From: an uncultured Thermomicrobiales bacterium
GTDB lineage: Bacteria > Chloroflexota > Chloroflexia > Thermomicrobiales > UBA6265
Direction: 5' to 3'
DNA: 64,000 nucleotides
Assembly: GCA_902806335.1 (NCBI GenBank)
Contig: CADCWG010000163.1
Coordinates: 2,110 to 66,109, forward strand
A model generated the notes under the pieces. That model saw only the letters and a list, made by a program, of their open reading frames with translations, had not been told where the DNA came from and searched no databases. The position numbers and the translations under genes are program-made. This document shows, piece by piece, positions 35,987 through 45,271 of the stretch; positions within the stretch are counted from its first letter, which is position 1, and each line of letters opens with the position of its first letter.

Positions 35987-37210
35987 CTAACGGCGAGCGC
36001 CCTGCGTCAGGTCGCTGGTCCGCACGTGCGCGTCCGGGCGGTCCTCCAGGCCGGGCAGTAGCGCCGTGCCCAGCCCGGGGCCGGGCGGCGGGGCGACCTG
36101 GCCGTCCTTGACCTCGGGCAGCGCGGTGACGAGTTCCTTGTACCAGCCGGTGTAGAAGGCGCGGACCGTCTCCTGGGTCAGCGCGTTCGGCAGGTTGACC
36201 GAGAGGTGGGTCGAGGCGGTGAGCACCACCGGTCCGGTGCAGTCGTGGGGCGCGACCGGGAGCTGGTAGGCCTCGGCCATCGTCGCGATCTTCTTCGCCT
36301 CCGAGATCCCGCCGCACCAGCTCAGGTCGAGCATCGCGATCCCGGCCGCGCCACGCTCGAAGGCCTCCCGGAAGGCCCACCGCCCGGCGATCGTCTCGCT
36401 GATCGTGATCGGCACGTCGGTGGTCGCCGCCAGGTCGGCGAGGGCGTCGAGGTTGTCGGCCTTGAGCGGGTCCTCGAACCAGAACGGGTTGAACGGTTCG
36501 AGCGCCTTGCAGATCTTACGGGCCATCGGCAGGTTCCAGAGCGAGTGGAACTCGACCATGATGTCCATGTCGTCGCCGACGGCCGCGCGGATCTTCCGGA
36601 AGGGCTCCAGGGCTCGGTCGAGGTCGCGGTTGGAGATGTACTGGCCGTCGCTCGCCTCGGCGTAGGGGTCGAACGGCCAGATCTTCATCCCGCCGATGCC
36701 CTGCGCCTGGAGGCTGAGCGCCAGCTCGTCCGCGCGGTGGAGGAAGGCGTCGAGGTCCTCGTACGGCCCCGCGGGCGCGGCCTCGGCGGCGGGGAGACCC
36801 CAGTTGTCGACCGCCTGCTGGGGGCGGCGGACGTAGCGGTACCCCGCGCAGGTGTTGTAGGTGCGGATGCGCTCTCGGCTGGCGCCGCCGAGGAGTTGGG
36901 AGACCGGCTGGTTGGTCACCTGGCCGAAGATGTCCCAGAGGGCGATGTCGATCGCCGAGTTGCCGCGCATCTCGACGCCGCTGGAGCGATAGCCGAGGTA
37001 GCCGTAGAGCGTGCGCGCGTGGCGGTCGATCAGCAGCGGATCCTCGCCGAGCAGGAGCGGCGCGGCCGTCTCGTGGACGTACGCCTCGACGGCCCGGGCG
37101 CCGAAGAAGGTCTCCCCGAGCCCGATCGGCCCCTCGTCGGTGTGGACCCGGACGTAGAGCAGGTTCGGGAACTCGTCGAGCCGCAGCGTCTCCAGCCGGG
37201 TGATCTTCAC
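35987..37210 (-). CDS. enolase-superfamily dehydratase (mandelate racemase / sugar-acid dehydratase-like)
   Basis: From ORF 35987..37477. GTG start (VKITRLETLRLDEFPNLLYVRVHTDEGPIGLGE) after an AGGAGAG RBS. AIDIALWDI motif. Confidence 0.85.
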   Translation of the reverse strand: MKITRLETLRLDEFPNLLYVRVHTDEGPIGLGETFFGARAVEAYVHETAAPLLLGEDPLLIDRHARTLYGYLGYRSSGVEMRGNSAIDIALWDIFGQVTNQPVSQLLGGASRERIRTYNTCAGYRYVRRPQQAVDNWGLPAAEAAPAGPYEDLDAFLHRADELALSLQAQGIGGMKIWPFDPYAEASDGQYISNRDLDRALEPFRKIRAAVGDDMDIMVEFHSLWNLPMARKICKALEPFNPFWFEDPLKADNLDALADLAATTDVPITISETIAGRWAFREAFERGAAGIAMLDLSWCGGISEAKKIATMAEAYQLPVAPHDCTGPVVLTASTHLSVNLPNALTQETVRAFYTGWYKELVTALPEVKDGQVAPPPGPGLGTALLPGLEDRPDAHVRTSDLTQGARR

Positions 37211-37522
37211 GGGTCTCTCCTGCGCGTCCGCGCCTGGCGCCGGACGATTCCTTCGCCATGGAGTGGCCACGTGACCGGTGACCACCTGCCCGTCAGCTAT
37301 CGCCAGCGCTTCGACGGGCTCGCGGGCGGTGACGCACAACGGGAATGCCGCCACGCCGGCGCGCCATCCTTGGGACGTACGTGGCGGTCGACTGCGGTTC
37401 CCCCCAAGACACGACCACCGCGGCCGGGCATGGCTGCTCGGCGGTGCCGATCTCCGGCAAGCGGAGGGGCGCGGCACGCCGCGCCCCTCCTCGCCCGATG
37501 CCCTATGGGATCCGCCGACAGG

Positions 37523-38596
37523 CTAACCGGCGAACTTCGCCTCGCGGGTGATCACCGCGTCGATGTTGGTGGCGTCGACCAGCTCGGCGCCGGTGTCGTA
37601 GTCGAACGGCGGGTAGCCGCCTTCCAGGGCCATGTGGATCAGGGAGGCGGTGACCCAGCCCTGCCCGTACGGGTTCTGGCCGATCGCCCAGTGGGCCTCG
37701 CCGGCCTTGATCGCGGTCAGCACGTCCTGGATCAGGTCGAAGCCGCCGTTGGAGAACTTGCCGACCAGCCCGTTCTCGCGGGCGAACTGGGCCGTGAAGG
37801 CGTGGCCGAAGTCGGCGTGCGCCCAGCCGACGATCTGGTCTTGCTCGGCGGCGTACTTGGACTGCTGGCGCGAGATCGAGGTCGGCCCGTCGGTCGAGGT
37901 CTCGAGCGACTCCGTGGTGAAGGTGGTGCCGTTCTCCTGGTTGTAGCGGTTGACGCCGTTGGTGGTCCCGACCATCCGGGCCTCGAGCGCGCTGTGGCCC
38001 GGCTGGATGGTGCCCATGATGATCTTGCCGTCCGTGCGGCCGGTGATCTCCTGGGCGTGCCGGGCGGCCTGGTAGCCGTTGACCTCGCCGGAGGGGATCG
38101 CCTCCTGGCCGACGAAGGCGACGTCGAGGTCCTTGTAGCCCTCGCTGGCCGTGTTGAAGAGGATCACGAAGATCCCCTGGGCCTTGGCCTCGCGGATGTT
38201 GTCGTCGAAGGTCGAGGTGTTGGTCCGCGTGAAGGCGACGGCCGCCGGCTTGGCCGCGATCGCCTGCCGCTGCAGCTCGGCCGTCTGGAGGTCGTCGGGG
38301 GCGGCCGGCCCGGTGAACTGCGGCGCCGGCCAGCCGGCCTGGGCGCAGAAGGTCTCCAGCCCGATCTTGACGGGAACGAAGAACGGGTTGTTGTCGTGGT
38401 TGACGAAGATGACCTGGCGCGGGGTGGCCGGCTCCCCCTGGGCGGCGAGCCGGGCAGGACCGAGAGCCGGGGCGGCGGTGGCGCCGCCGACGAAGGTCAG
38501 GCCGGCCGCCGCGCCGGCGCCGATCGCGCCGCCGCGCTCGAGCACGTCGCGCCGGGAGATGCCGGCGGTGGTGGTGGTGTCCTGGGAGCGGGTCAT
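37523..38596 (-). CDS. sugar ABC transporter substrate-binding protein (PBP type I)
   Basis: Tat-like signal (SRRDVLERGGAIGAGAAAG). Periplasmic-binding-protein fold sequence. First gene of the ABC operon. Confidence 0.8.
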   Translation of the reverse strand: MTRSQDTTTTAGISRRDVLERGGAIGAGAAAGLTFVGGATAAPALGPARLAAQGEPATPRQVIFVNHDNNPFFVPVKIGLETFCAQAGWPAPQFTGPAAPDDLQTAELQRQAIAAKPAAVAFTRTNTSTFDDNIREAKAQGIFVILFNTASEGYKDLDVAFVGQEAIPSGEVNGYQAARHAQEITGRTDGKIIMGTIQPGHSALEARMVGTTNGVNRYNQENGTTFTTESLETSTDGPTSISRQQSKYAAEQDQIVGWAHADFGHAFTAQFARENGLVGKFSNGGFDLIQDVLTAIKAGEAHWAIGQNPYGQGWVTASLIHMALEGGYPPFDYDTGAELVDATNIDAVITREAKFAG

Positions 38597-38809
38597 CGCG
38601 TTCTCCTCCGTCTGGGATCGGCCGCCGGCCGGCGCGGCCGGCGGCCATCGGGCACGGGCGTCGTCGCCGTGCCGGGGATCGGGCCGCCTCGCCCGTCGGG
38701 GCGGTCCCGCCGCTGGGTCCGCGGGCTCGTCGTCGGGTCGCCCGCCGCCGCGCCACCTCCTCGCGTGGCCGCCGCCCCCCGCCGGACCCTCCGGCGGGGG
38801 GCGGCGATG

Positions 38810-39892
38810 CTACAGGCCCTGCCGCCGTCGGATCGAGACGTCGAGCAGGACCGCCAGGATGATCACGGCGCCCTTGGCGATCGGCTGGCTGTTGATGTCG
38901 GCCCCGAGCAGGATCAGCCCGTTGGCGATCATCCCCGCGACCGCCGCGCCGAGGAAGGTGCCGAGGATGCTGCCGGAGCCGCCGAAGAGGTTGGTCCCGC
39001 CGATGATCACCGCGGCGATCACGTCGAGCTCGAACTGGTTGCCGGCCGTCGGGCTGCCCGTCCGCTGCCAGCCGGCCGTGATCGCGCCGACCAGCCCGAC
39101 CAGGGCGCCGGTCATCACGAAGCAGGCGATCTTGACGCGCACGGTCCGGATCCCGGCGTTGGCGGCGGCGCGGGCGTTGTCCCCCGTCGCGTAGACGTGG
39201 TAGCCGAAGCGGGTCTTGGCGAGCACCCAGCCGCCGACCAGCACGATCCCCAGGAACCAGAGGATCGGGGCCGGGACGACCCCGAACGCCTGGGCCCCGG
39301 TGAAGCGGTAGAAGTCGGGCTGGTCGCCGCCGACGCCGGTGATCGGCGTGCCGCCGGAGCGGACCAGGGCACCGCCCCGGAGGGCGCTCAGCATGCCGAG
39401 GGTGACGATGAACGAGGGGATCCGGAAGTAGGTCGTCACCCCGCCGTTGAAGAGCCCGATCGCGGCGCCGAGGGCGACCGCTCCCAGCGACGCCGCCCAC
39501 CAGACCCAGCCCTGGTCGACCATCAGCCAGCCGACCATCACCGCTAAGAAGGCGTACATCGAGCCGACCGAGAGGTCAAGCTCGCCGGCGATGAAGAGAA
39601 ACGTCATCCCGACCGCGACGATCCCGATGAACGAGATCGAGCGGAGCAGGTTGAGCAGGTTGAACTCGGTCAGGAAGGTGTCGGGGCGGGCGATGGCCAG
39701 GAAGGCGAAGATCGCCACCGTCGCGACGAAGATGCCGAGCTCGCGGATCCGCAGGATCTGGCCGAGGCTCATCCGGCGCAGCGCGCTCGGCGAGAGGGTG
39801 TCGAGGGTCGGACTCGCCAGGTCGTCGGTCTGGGCCGCCGACGCCCGGGCCACGGCGGCGTCCTGCGTCGGAGGCGTCCGCGTCGTCGCCAT
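38810..39892 (-). CDS. sugar ABC transporter permease (RbsC/branched type)
   Basis: 360 aa with about 9-10 hydrophobic helices. Contains ELDLSVGSMYAF and GGTNLFGGSGSILGT. Confidence 0.85.
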   Translation of the reverse strand: MATTRTPPTQDAAVARASAAQTDDLASPTLDTLSPSALRRMSLGQILRIRELGIFVATVAIFAFLAIARPDTFLTEFNLLNLLRSISFIGIVAVGMTFLFIAGELDLSVGSMYAFLAVMVGWLMVDQGWVWWAASLGAVALGAAIGLFNGGVTTYFRIPSFIVTLGMLSALRGGALVRSGGTPITGVGGDQPDFYRFTGAQAFGVVPAPILWFLGIVLVGGWVLAKTRFGYHVYATGDNARAAANAGIRTVRVKIACFVMTGALVGLVGAITAGWQRTGSPTAGNQFELDVIAAVIIGGTNLFGGSGSILGTFLGAAVAGMIANGLILLGADINSQPIAKGAVIILAVLLDVSIRRRQGL

Positions 39893-39895
39893 CGC

Positions 39896-40708
39896 CTATA
39901 CCCCAGCCGGGGCCGGCATCAGCCGGTCCGCGCCCACGATCATCCCCACGATCTCCTCCGCGGTGGTCCCGCCCTTGTCCCGCTCGCCGGCCTTGCGCCC
40001 GCCCCGCATCACCACGATCCGGTCGGCGACGTGGAAGACGTGCTGGAGGTTGTGGGAGACCACCACCACCGTCGTGCCCCGCGCCTTGAGGTCGGCGATC
40101 AGGCGCAGCACCTTGGCCTGCTCCTGGACGCCGAGCGCGGCGGTCGGCTCGTCCATGAAGACCAGGCGCCCGCCCTGGTGGACCGCCCGCGCGATCGCGA
40201 CGGCCTGGCGCTGGCCGCCGGAGAGCAGCCCGACCAGGGTCTGGACCGACGGGATCGTGATCTTGAGGTCGTCGAGGACGGCCCGCGCCTCGCGGACCAT
40301 CCGCGCCTTGTCGACCATCCCGGCCCGGGTCGGCTCCCGGCCGAGGAAGACGTTGGCCGCCACGTCGCGGTGGTCGACCAGGGCCAGGTCCTGGTAGACG
40401 ACGGCGATGCCCCGGGCGATCGCGTCGCGGGGCGAGCGGAGGTGGACCTCCTCGCCCTCGACGCGGACGGTCCCGCTGTCGGCCTGGTAGGCCCCGCAGA
40501 GCACCTTCATCAGGGTCGACTTGCCGGCGCCGTTGTCGCCGACGAGCGCGACGACCTCGCCGGGCCAGACGGCGAAGTCGACGTCGTCCAGCGCCCGCAC
40601 GTGCAGGAAGGACTTCGTGATTCCCGTCGCCTCGAGCAGCGGCGTGCCGCGCCTGGCGATGCTATCAGGCGCCGGCGTGGCCGCGCCCCGCGTCCCCGTT
40701 GCCACCAT
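39896..40708 (-). CDS. sugar ABC transporter ATP-binding protein
   Basis: Internal ATG of ORF 39896..40924. Walker A GDNGAGKST, signature LSGGQRQ, Walker B LVFMDEPT. Confidence 0.85.
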   Translation of the reverse strand: MVATGTRGAATPAPDSIARRGTPLLEATGITKSFLHVRALDDVDFAVWPGEVVALVGDNGAGKSTLMKVLCGAYQADSGTVRVEGEEVHLRSPRDAIARGIAVVYQDLALVDHRDVAANVFLGREPTRAGMVDKARMVREARAVLDDLKITIPSVQTLVGLLSGGQRQAVAIARAVHQGGRLVFMDEPTAALGVQEQAKVLRLIADLKARGTTVVVVSHNLQHVFHVADRIVVMRGGRKAGERDKGGTTAEEIVGMIVGADRLMPAPAGV

Positions 40709-41540
40709 CGTTCCCTCCGTCGGGACTCCCGTCGGCCGCGGCGCGGACCGGCCCCGCCGTCGGGACCGCCTCGCGCAGCAGCGTCTCCAGCGTCGCCCCC
40801 GGGGCGAGCAGTTGTCCGACCTCCCCCCGCGCGACGGCGTCGATGCTCCGGTCGAAATCGTCGCCGTAGAGGTCTTCGGCGACCGCGAGGTGCGCCGCCA
40901 TCGCCGCCCGGGCGCCTTCGGCATCGCGGTCGCGCAGCGCGGACACGATCTGCCGGTGGTAGGGCAGCGACCGCTCGGCGACCGCCCGGTCGCCCAGGCT
41001 GCGCAGCATCTGCTCGACCGTCGGGCCGGTGATCGCGCCGAACATCGTCTCGATCACCGGGTTGTGGGCCGCCCGCGCGACCCCAAGGTGGAACGCCAGA
41101 TCGTACCGTGCCCGCTCGACCAGACCGGCGGCCGCGTCGAACCGCGCCAGGGCTCCTTCCAGCGCGGCCAGGTCGCCCGGGTCGGCCCGCGTCGCGGCCA
41201 GCGCCGCCGCCGCGCACTCCAGCGTGGTGCGGGCCTCGACCAGGTCGCGCACCGTCGCCTGGCGGCGGCGGAAGATGGCGTCGAGCCGATGCGCGGCGTC
41301 GGTGGCCCGCGGCGAGCGGACGTAGACCCCCCGCCCGGGCTGGACGTCGACCAGGTCCCGCTCGGCCAGGCTACGCAGGGCCTCGCGGACGATCGGTCGG
41401 CTCAGCCCGAACCGCTCGGCGAGCTGGCGCTCCGACGGCAGCTTCGCGCCGACGGCGAGCCGCCCGGCGACGATCCGCTCCTCAAGGTACGCCGCCAGCC
41501 CCTCGCGGGACATCGGCGGTGTCGCGGTCTGACCGGTCAT
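40665..41540 (-). CDS. GntR/FadR-family transcriptional regulator
   Basis: N-terminal GAKLPSERQLAERFGLSRPIVREALRSLAERDLV. Helical FCD-like C-terminus. Confidence 0.8.
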   Translation of the reverse strand: MTGQTATPPMSREGLAAYLEERIVAGRLAVGAKLPSERQLAERFGLSRPIVREALRSLAERDLVDVQPGRGVYVRSPRATDAAHRLDAIFRRRQATVRDLVEARTTLECAAAALAATRADPGDLAALEGALARFDAAAGLVERARYDLAFHLGVARAAHNPVIETMFGAITGPTVEQMLRSLGDRAVAERSLPYHRQIVSALRDRDAEGARAAMAAHLAVAEDLYGDDFDRSIDAVARGEVGQLLAPGATLETLLREAVPTAGPVRAAADGSPDGGNDGGNGDAGRGHAGA

Positions 41541-41545
41541 AGCGC

Positions 41546-41565
41546 GATACGATAGGGGCCGTATC
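41546..41565. promoter_or_regulatory. inverted repeat in the GntR/SDR divergent promoter region
   Basis: GATACG-N8-CGTATC between 41540 and 41591. Confidence 0.35.
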
Positions 41566-41590
41566 CGGCAGTGTCAATGGGGGTGGAACG

Positions 41591-42349
41591 GTGGAGGGGA
41601 TCGGCGGGCTCGGGATCGCGATCACCGGCGGCGCGGGCGACATCGGGGCGGCGATGGGGGCGGAGCTAGCCCGACAGGGCGCGCGCGTGACGTTGCTCGA
41701 CCGCAAGCCGGAGGCGGAAGCGGCCCCCTGGCTGGAGCGGGCGGGCGCCCACGGCCCCGTGGCCTACGCCCAGGTCGACGTGCGGGACCGGGCGGCGGTC
41801 GACGCGGCGCTTGGGGCGATCGAGCCGCTCGACGTGGTGATCGCCAACGCCGGGATCGTCCAGTCGGCCCCGTTCCTGGAGATCACGGCCGCGCAGTGGC
41901 GCGACCACCTCGACGTCAACCTCTCGGGCGCCTTCAACACCGGCCAGGCCGCCGCGCGGCTGATGGTCGCCCGTGGCCGGCCCGGACGGATCCTCTTCAC
42001 CGGCTCGTGGGTGCAGGAGGTGCCCTGGCCGGAGATTGCGGCCTACTCCGCGACCAAGGCGGGGATCCGGATGCTCGCCCGGACGATGGCCCGCGAGCTG
42101 GCGCCGCACAAGATTCTGGTCAACGTCGTCGCGCCGGGTATCGTCGACGCCGGCCTCGCCCGCCACCAGCGCGAGACCGAGCCGCAGTACGCCCGCCGGA
42201 TCGCCGGCGTGATTCCCCTCGGCGAGCTGCAGAGCGCCGAGCAGGTGGCCAGGGCGACGGCGTTCCTCTGCTCCGACGCCGCCGACTACATGACCGGCGC
42301 GACGCTGCTCGTCGACGGCGGCTGCTCGCTCTTCCAGTTCGGGGAGTAG
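41591..42349 (+). CDS. SDR-family oxidoreductase
   Basis: ITGGAGDIGAAMG, NAG and YSATKAGIRM motifs. 252 aa. Confidence 0.85.
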   Translation: MEGIGGLGIAITGGAGDIGAAMGAELARQGARVTLLDRKPEAEAAPWLERAGAHGPVAYAQVDVRDRAAVDAALGAIEPLDVVIANAGIVQSAPFLEITAAQWRDHLDVNLSGAFNTGQAAARLMVARGRPGRILFTGSWVQEVPWPEIAAYSATKAGIRMLARTMARELAPHKILVNVVAPGIVDAGLARHQRETEPQYARRIAGVIPLGELQSAEQVARATAFLCSDAADYMTGATLLVDGGCSLFQFGE

Positions 42350-42731
42350 CCCGGGGTCCGCTACCGCCGTGGTGTCGGCGGTGGTGTCCGTGGTGGTGTC
42401 CGCGACCCGGGGCATGCGGATCTGCCCGGGGAGAGCCGCTAGCTCAGGGACGAACCCGCCTGAATCTGAGTCTGGGTGAGGTCGAGGGGTGGATCTCCCG
42501 CGCTGGGTGCCGGCGCGTCGTGGGCGTCGAGGCGCGCCCCAGTGTGCCCCGCGGGGCGGGGTGGCGGTCCCGGCTCGGGGTGGTCGGTGGCCGGGCGGAG
42601 GGCCCTCCGCCCCTACGGGGACGACGCCGCGACGGCTGCTTGTCCGCGCCGTTGGTGGATACCGTACGAAACTCATCACTCTTATGGGCGTGCCGGGTCG
42701 ACCACCAACCGTGGTTCACCGGTAGGGGCAC

Positions 42732-42767
42732 GGCCTGTCGCGCCACCGGGGACGAGCGCGACAGGCC
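42732..42767 (-). terminator. 12-bp hairpin immediately after the GNAT stop
   Basis: ggcctgtcgcgc (12-nt loop) gcgcgacaggcc. Confidence 0.5.
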
Positions 42768-42768
42768 A

Positions 42769-43344
42769 CTAGGTCAGGTTCGCCGGGATCAGCCGCTCGA
42801 CGATCACCACGTCGCGCCAGACGCCGTCGAGCTGGGCGTGCTTCTCGTAGACGCCCACCTCGCGGAAGCCGGCGCGGGCGCACGCCCGGCGGCTCGCCGC
42901 GTTCTCGACGAAGACCCGCGAGACGAGCTTCCACAGCCCGGCGCGCTCGGCGGCCGCGATCAGTTCGTCGAGGAGCAGCGTGCCGACGCCGCGGCCCTGG
43001 TGGCCCTCCGCGACGTAGACCGAGAACTCCGCCACGCCCGCGTAGCAGGCGCGCGGGCGGTAGCCGTCGGCGGCCGCCCACCCGACCACCCGCTCCCCGC
43101 GTTCTCGGGCGCCGCCCTCGGGACCCCTGCCCTCGGGGTTGCCGCTCCCGGGGTCGTCGCCCGTGAGGACCGCGACGATCACCGGGTGCCGCGCGTCGTG
43201 GGCGGCGAGCCAGGCGCGGCGCTCGCCGGCGGTCCGCTCGTCGGTCTCGAAGGTGGCGATCCGCGCCCGGATGCCCTGGTTGTAGATCTCGGCGATGGCC
43301 GCCGCGTCGGCGGCCGCCGCCGGGCGGATCCGGATCTCTCCCAT
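42769..43344 (-). CDS. GNAT N-acetyltransferase (phosphinothricin-acetyltransferase-like)
   Basis: Internal ATG of ORF 42769..44292. IRPAAAADAAAIAEIYNQGIRARIATFE ... QGRGVGTLLL. ATG overlaps the MFS stop by 1 nt. Confidence 0.8.
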   Translation of the reverse strand: MGEIRIRPAAAADAAAIAEIYNQGIRARIATFETDERTAGERRAWLAAHDARHPVIVAVLTGDDPGSGNPEGRGPEGGARERGERVVGWAAADGYRPRACYAGVAEFSVYVAEGHQGRGVGTLLLDELIAAAERAGLWKLVSRVFVENAASRRACARAGFREVGVYEKHAQLDGVWRDVVIVERLIPANLT

Positions 43345-44618
43345 CACCGGCGTTCCCCCCCGGCGGACGGCGTCAGCAGCACCCCCGCCCCCGCCACCAC
43401 CGCCATCCCGACGCCCAGCCACAGCGCCAGGCGGTAGCTGCCGAGCGCGTCGTAGACGCGGCCCGCCGCGACCGGGCCCAGCGCGGCGCAGACCGCGATC
43501 GGGATCCCCTGGGCCGCGACGATCGTGCCGTAGGCCCGGCGGCCGAACCGCTGGGCCATGACCGCCGCCCGCAGCGGGGAGATCGCCCCGAAGGCGGCGC
43601 CGTAGACGAGCGCGTAGGCCACGAGCCAGCCGAGCGACGAGGCCCGGAGCAGCAGCGCGATCCCCACCCCCTGGGCCAGCAGCGCCCCGCCGAGCAGCGC
43701 CTGGGGGGAGACCCGGTCGGCGAGCCGGTTCAAGAACCAGCGGCCCGGCAGGCTCGCCAGCCCGACCGCCCCGGCGACCGTCGCCGCCAGCCCCGCGCCG
43801 TGGCCGCGCCCGACCAGGTAGGCGACCTGGTGGGCGGCGACCGCCGTGCTCGCGAGCAGCGCCAGCGCGACCGCGCCGGTGAGCACCCAGAAGGCGCCCT
43901 GCCGCAGCGCCTCGGCGAGGGACAGGCCACCGAGCGCCGGCGGCGCGGCCGGGTCCCCGCCTTCCGGCGTCGGCGCCGGGGCGGCGCCGTCCGGCCGCAG
44001 CCCCAGGTCCTCGGGCCGACGCCGCACGAGCAGGGCGTGGATCGGCAGCGCGACCAGCAGCTGCGTCGCGCCCATCACGACCAGCGTGCCGCGCCAGCCG
44101 AGACGCGGCACGAGGGCGCCGGCGAGGGGGATGAAGATGGGAGACGCCAGGCCCCCGAGCAGGGTCAGACCCGCGAGCGCGGTGCCCCGCCGCCGCTCGA
44201 ACCAGTTCGTGACCACGGTGAAGGTCACCGGGTAGAGCGTCAGCGCGTTGGCGAGCCCGATCCCCCCCGCCCAGAGCGCGTAGAAGTGCCACGGTTCCCG
44301 GGCGGCCGCGAGACCCCAGAGCGCGAGACCACCCAGCGCCGACCCGGCCGCCATCGGCACGCGGGCGCCGGCCCGGTCGACCAGGCGGCCGATCGGCAGG
44401 CCGAGCAGGCCGGCGACGAGCAGGCCGAGCGAGTAGGCGCCGGAGGTCGTCGCCCGGTCCCAGCCGAGGTCCTCCTCGATCGGCAGCACGAGCACGCCGA
44501 AGAGGTACTGGGTGGTGCCGTAGGAGACGATGGTCGTCACCCCGAGCGCCCAGACCAGGGTCCAGCCATAGAACGGGGCGTCGGCGCTTCCCGGGTGTCG
44601 CACGGCGGCGATCCGCAC
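43344..44618 (-). CDS. MFS transporter
   Basis: 424 aa, about 12 hydrophobic helices. GRLVDRAGAR loop motif. Confidence 0.8.
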   Translation of the reverse strand: MRIAAVRHPGSADAPFYGWTLVWALGVTTIVSYGTTQYLFGVLVLPIEEDLGWDRATTSGAYSLGLLVAGLLGLPIGRLVDRAGARVPMAAGSALGGLALWGLAAAREPWHFYALWAGGIGLANALTLYPVTFTVVTNWFERRRGTALAGLTLLGGLASPIFIPLAGALVPRLGWRGTLVVMGATQLLVALPIHALLVRRRPEDLGLRPDGAAPAPTPEGGDPAAPPALGGLSLAEALRQGAFWVLTGAVALALLASTAVAAHQVAYLVGRGHGAGLAATVAGAVGLASLPGRWFLNRLADRVSPQALLGGALLAQGVGIALLLRASSLGWLVAYALVYGAAFGAISPLRAAVMAQRFGRRAYGTIVAAQGIPIAVCAALGPVAAGRVYDALGSYRLALWLGVGMAVVAGAGVLLTPSAGGERR

Positions 44619-44672
44619 GTCGGCCCTCCCGCGCTGCTGGGCGGCGCGGCCCCTCCCCGCCGCCGGTGAGGG

Positions 44673-44710
44673 GGCGCGGCGCGGCGGAAGCTGTCCCGCC
44701 GCGCCGCGCC
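44673..44710 (-). terminator. perfect 15-bp GC hairpin
   Basis: ggcgcggcgcggcgg aagctgtc ccgccgcgccgcgcc. Lies between the repeat pair F1/F2 and the MFS gene start. Confidence 0.5.
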
Positions 44711-44734
44711 CGTCGGCCTACCGATCCGGCAGCT

Positions 44735-44818
44735 TATACCGAAGCCGGGTGGTCGCCGGGGCTTCGCCCGGCTCGGGGACGAAGCCGGCTCGAGCCGGCT
44801 TCGTCCCCGAGCTTCTAA
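44735..44818 (+). repeat. MITE-like dispersed repeat, 5' half copy F1
   Basis: ataccgaagccgggtggtcgccggggcttcgccc...gaagccggctcgagccggcttcgtccccgagcttc. Confidence 0.55.
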
Positions 44819-44971
44819 CCCGGACTCCGGGTGGTTGCTGTGACCCCCGCCCCGGCCAGCCCCTGCCGGCTTGAGCCGGCTTCGTCGCTGAGCCTCTGAC
44901 CTCCAGGGGTGCCACGGGCGGGACCGGCCGCCGGCTCCCCCCGATACCACCGTACAGCCGGGTTCCGTATT
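44819..44971 (+). repeat. MITE-like dispersed repeat, full copy F2
   Basis: ccggactccgggtggttgc...ctgccggcttgagccggcttcgtcgctgagcctctgacctcc...ataccaccgtacagccgggttccgtat. Confidence 0.7.
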
Positions 44972-45095
44972 AGCAGCAGGTGCCGTCACCACCCGGCGGG
45001 CAGCAGTCGTCGTCGCGGCATGGCCCGGAGACGGTGGTCTCGGGGCCGCGACACTCGGTCGTCATCCTTCGGTCGGACACGCGAACGGTGTTCAT
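44970..45095 (-). CDS. 41-aa six-cysteine peptide (metallothionein-like candidate; absent from the ORF track)
   Basis: MNTVRVSDRRMTTECRGPETTVSGPCRDDDCCPPGGDGTCC. GAGGAG lies 9 nt upstream of the ATG. About 85% GC3. Same strand as, and downstream of, arsR and the flavoprotein gene. Confidence 0.5.
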   Translation of the reverse strand: MNTVRVSDRRMTTECRGPETTVSGPCRDDDCCPPGGDGTCC

Positions 45096-45271
45096 CGCGG
45101 TCTGCTCCTCTGGTCACGGGCAACGTCCGCCGGGTCGCGTCGATCAGGCTGGGGAACCGGTCGCCGCTGGTCGCTGGGCCTCCTTTCCGTCCGCGCCGAA
45201 GGTCGAGACGGCCGGCCAGCCGGGTGTAGTCGGGGAGGTCGGGGACGGAGGGGGAACGGTCGGCGCCGGGC

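Noticed and set aside
37141-37261. An apparent 1-nt inconsistency when I hand-translated the printed sequence across the line breaks at 37141 and 37261. This made the dehydratase gene look frameshifted.
   Set aside because: The ORF track gives an uninterrupted, protein-like ORF through this region, so I treat the discrepancy as my own reading or counting artefact. I used the track coordinates. This is why hand-derived coordinates may be off by 1 nt.
36206-39547. A 1113-aa plus-strand ORF spanning the dehydratase and ABC genes. Similar long ORFs lie at 9943..12369, 25542..27965, 52701..55607, 63..1493 and 32427..33596.
   Set aside because: These are low-complexity R/G/P/E translations antisense to well-supported genes. 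They have no RBS and no domain signatures.
42431-42505. tRNA-like strings (gctagctcagg, with ggggaga...tctccc as possible acceptor arms).
   Set aside because: No D-stem complement and no T-arm or GTTCRANYC loop can be drawn. A similar ggttcaagttcgagc at about 15340 also lacks a T-stem. I found no tRNA, rRNA or CRISPR array in the window.
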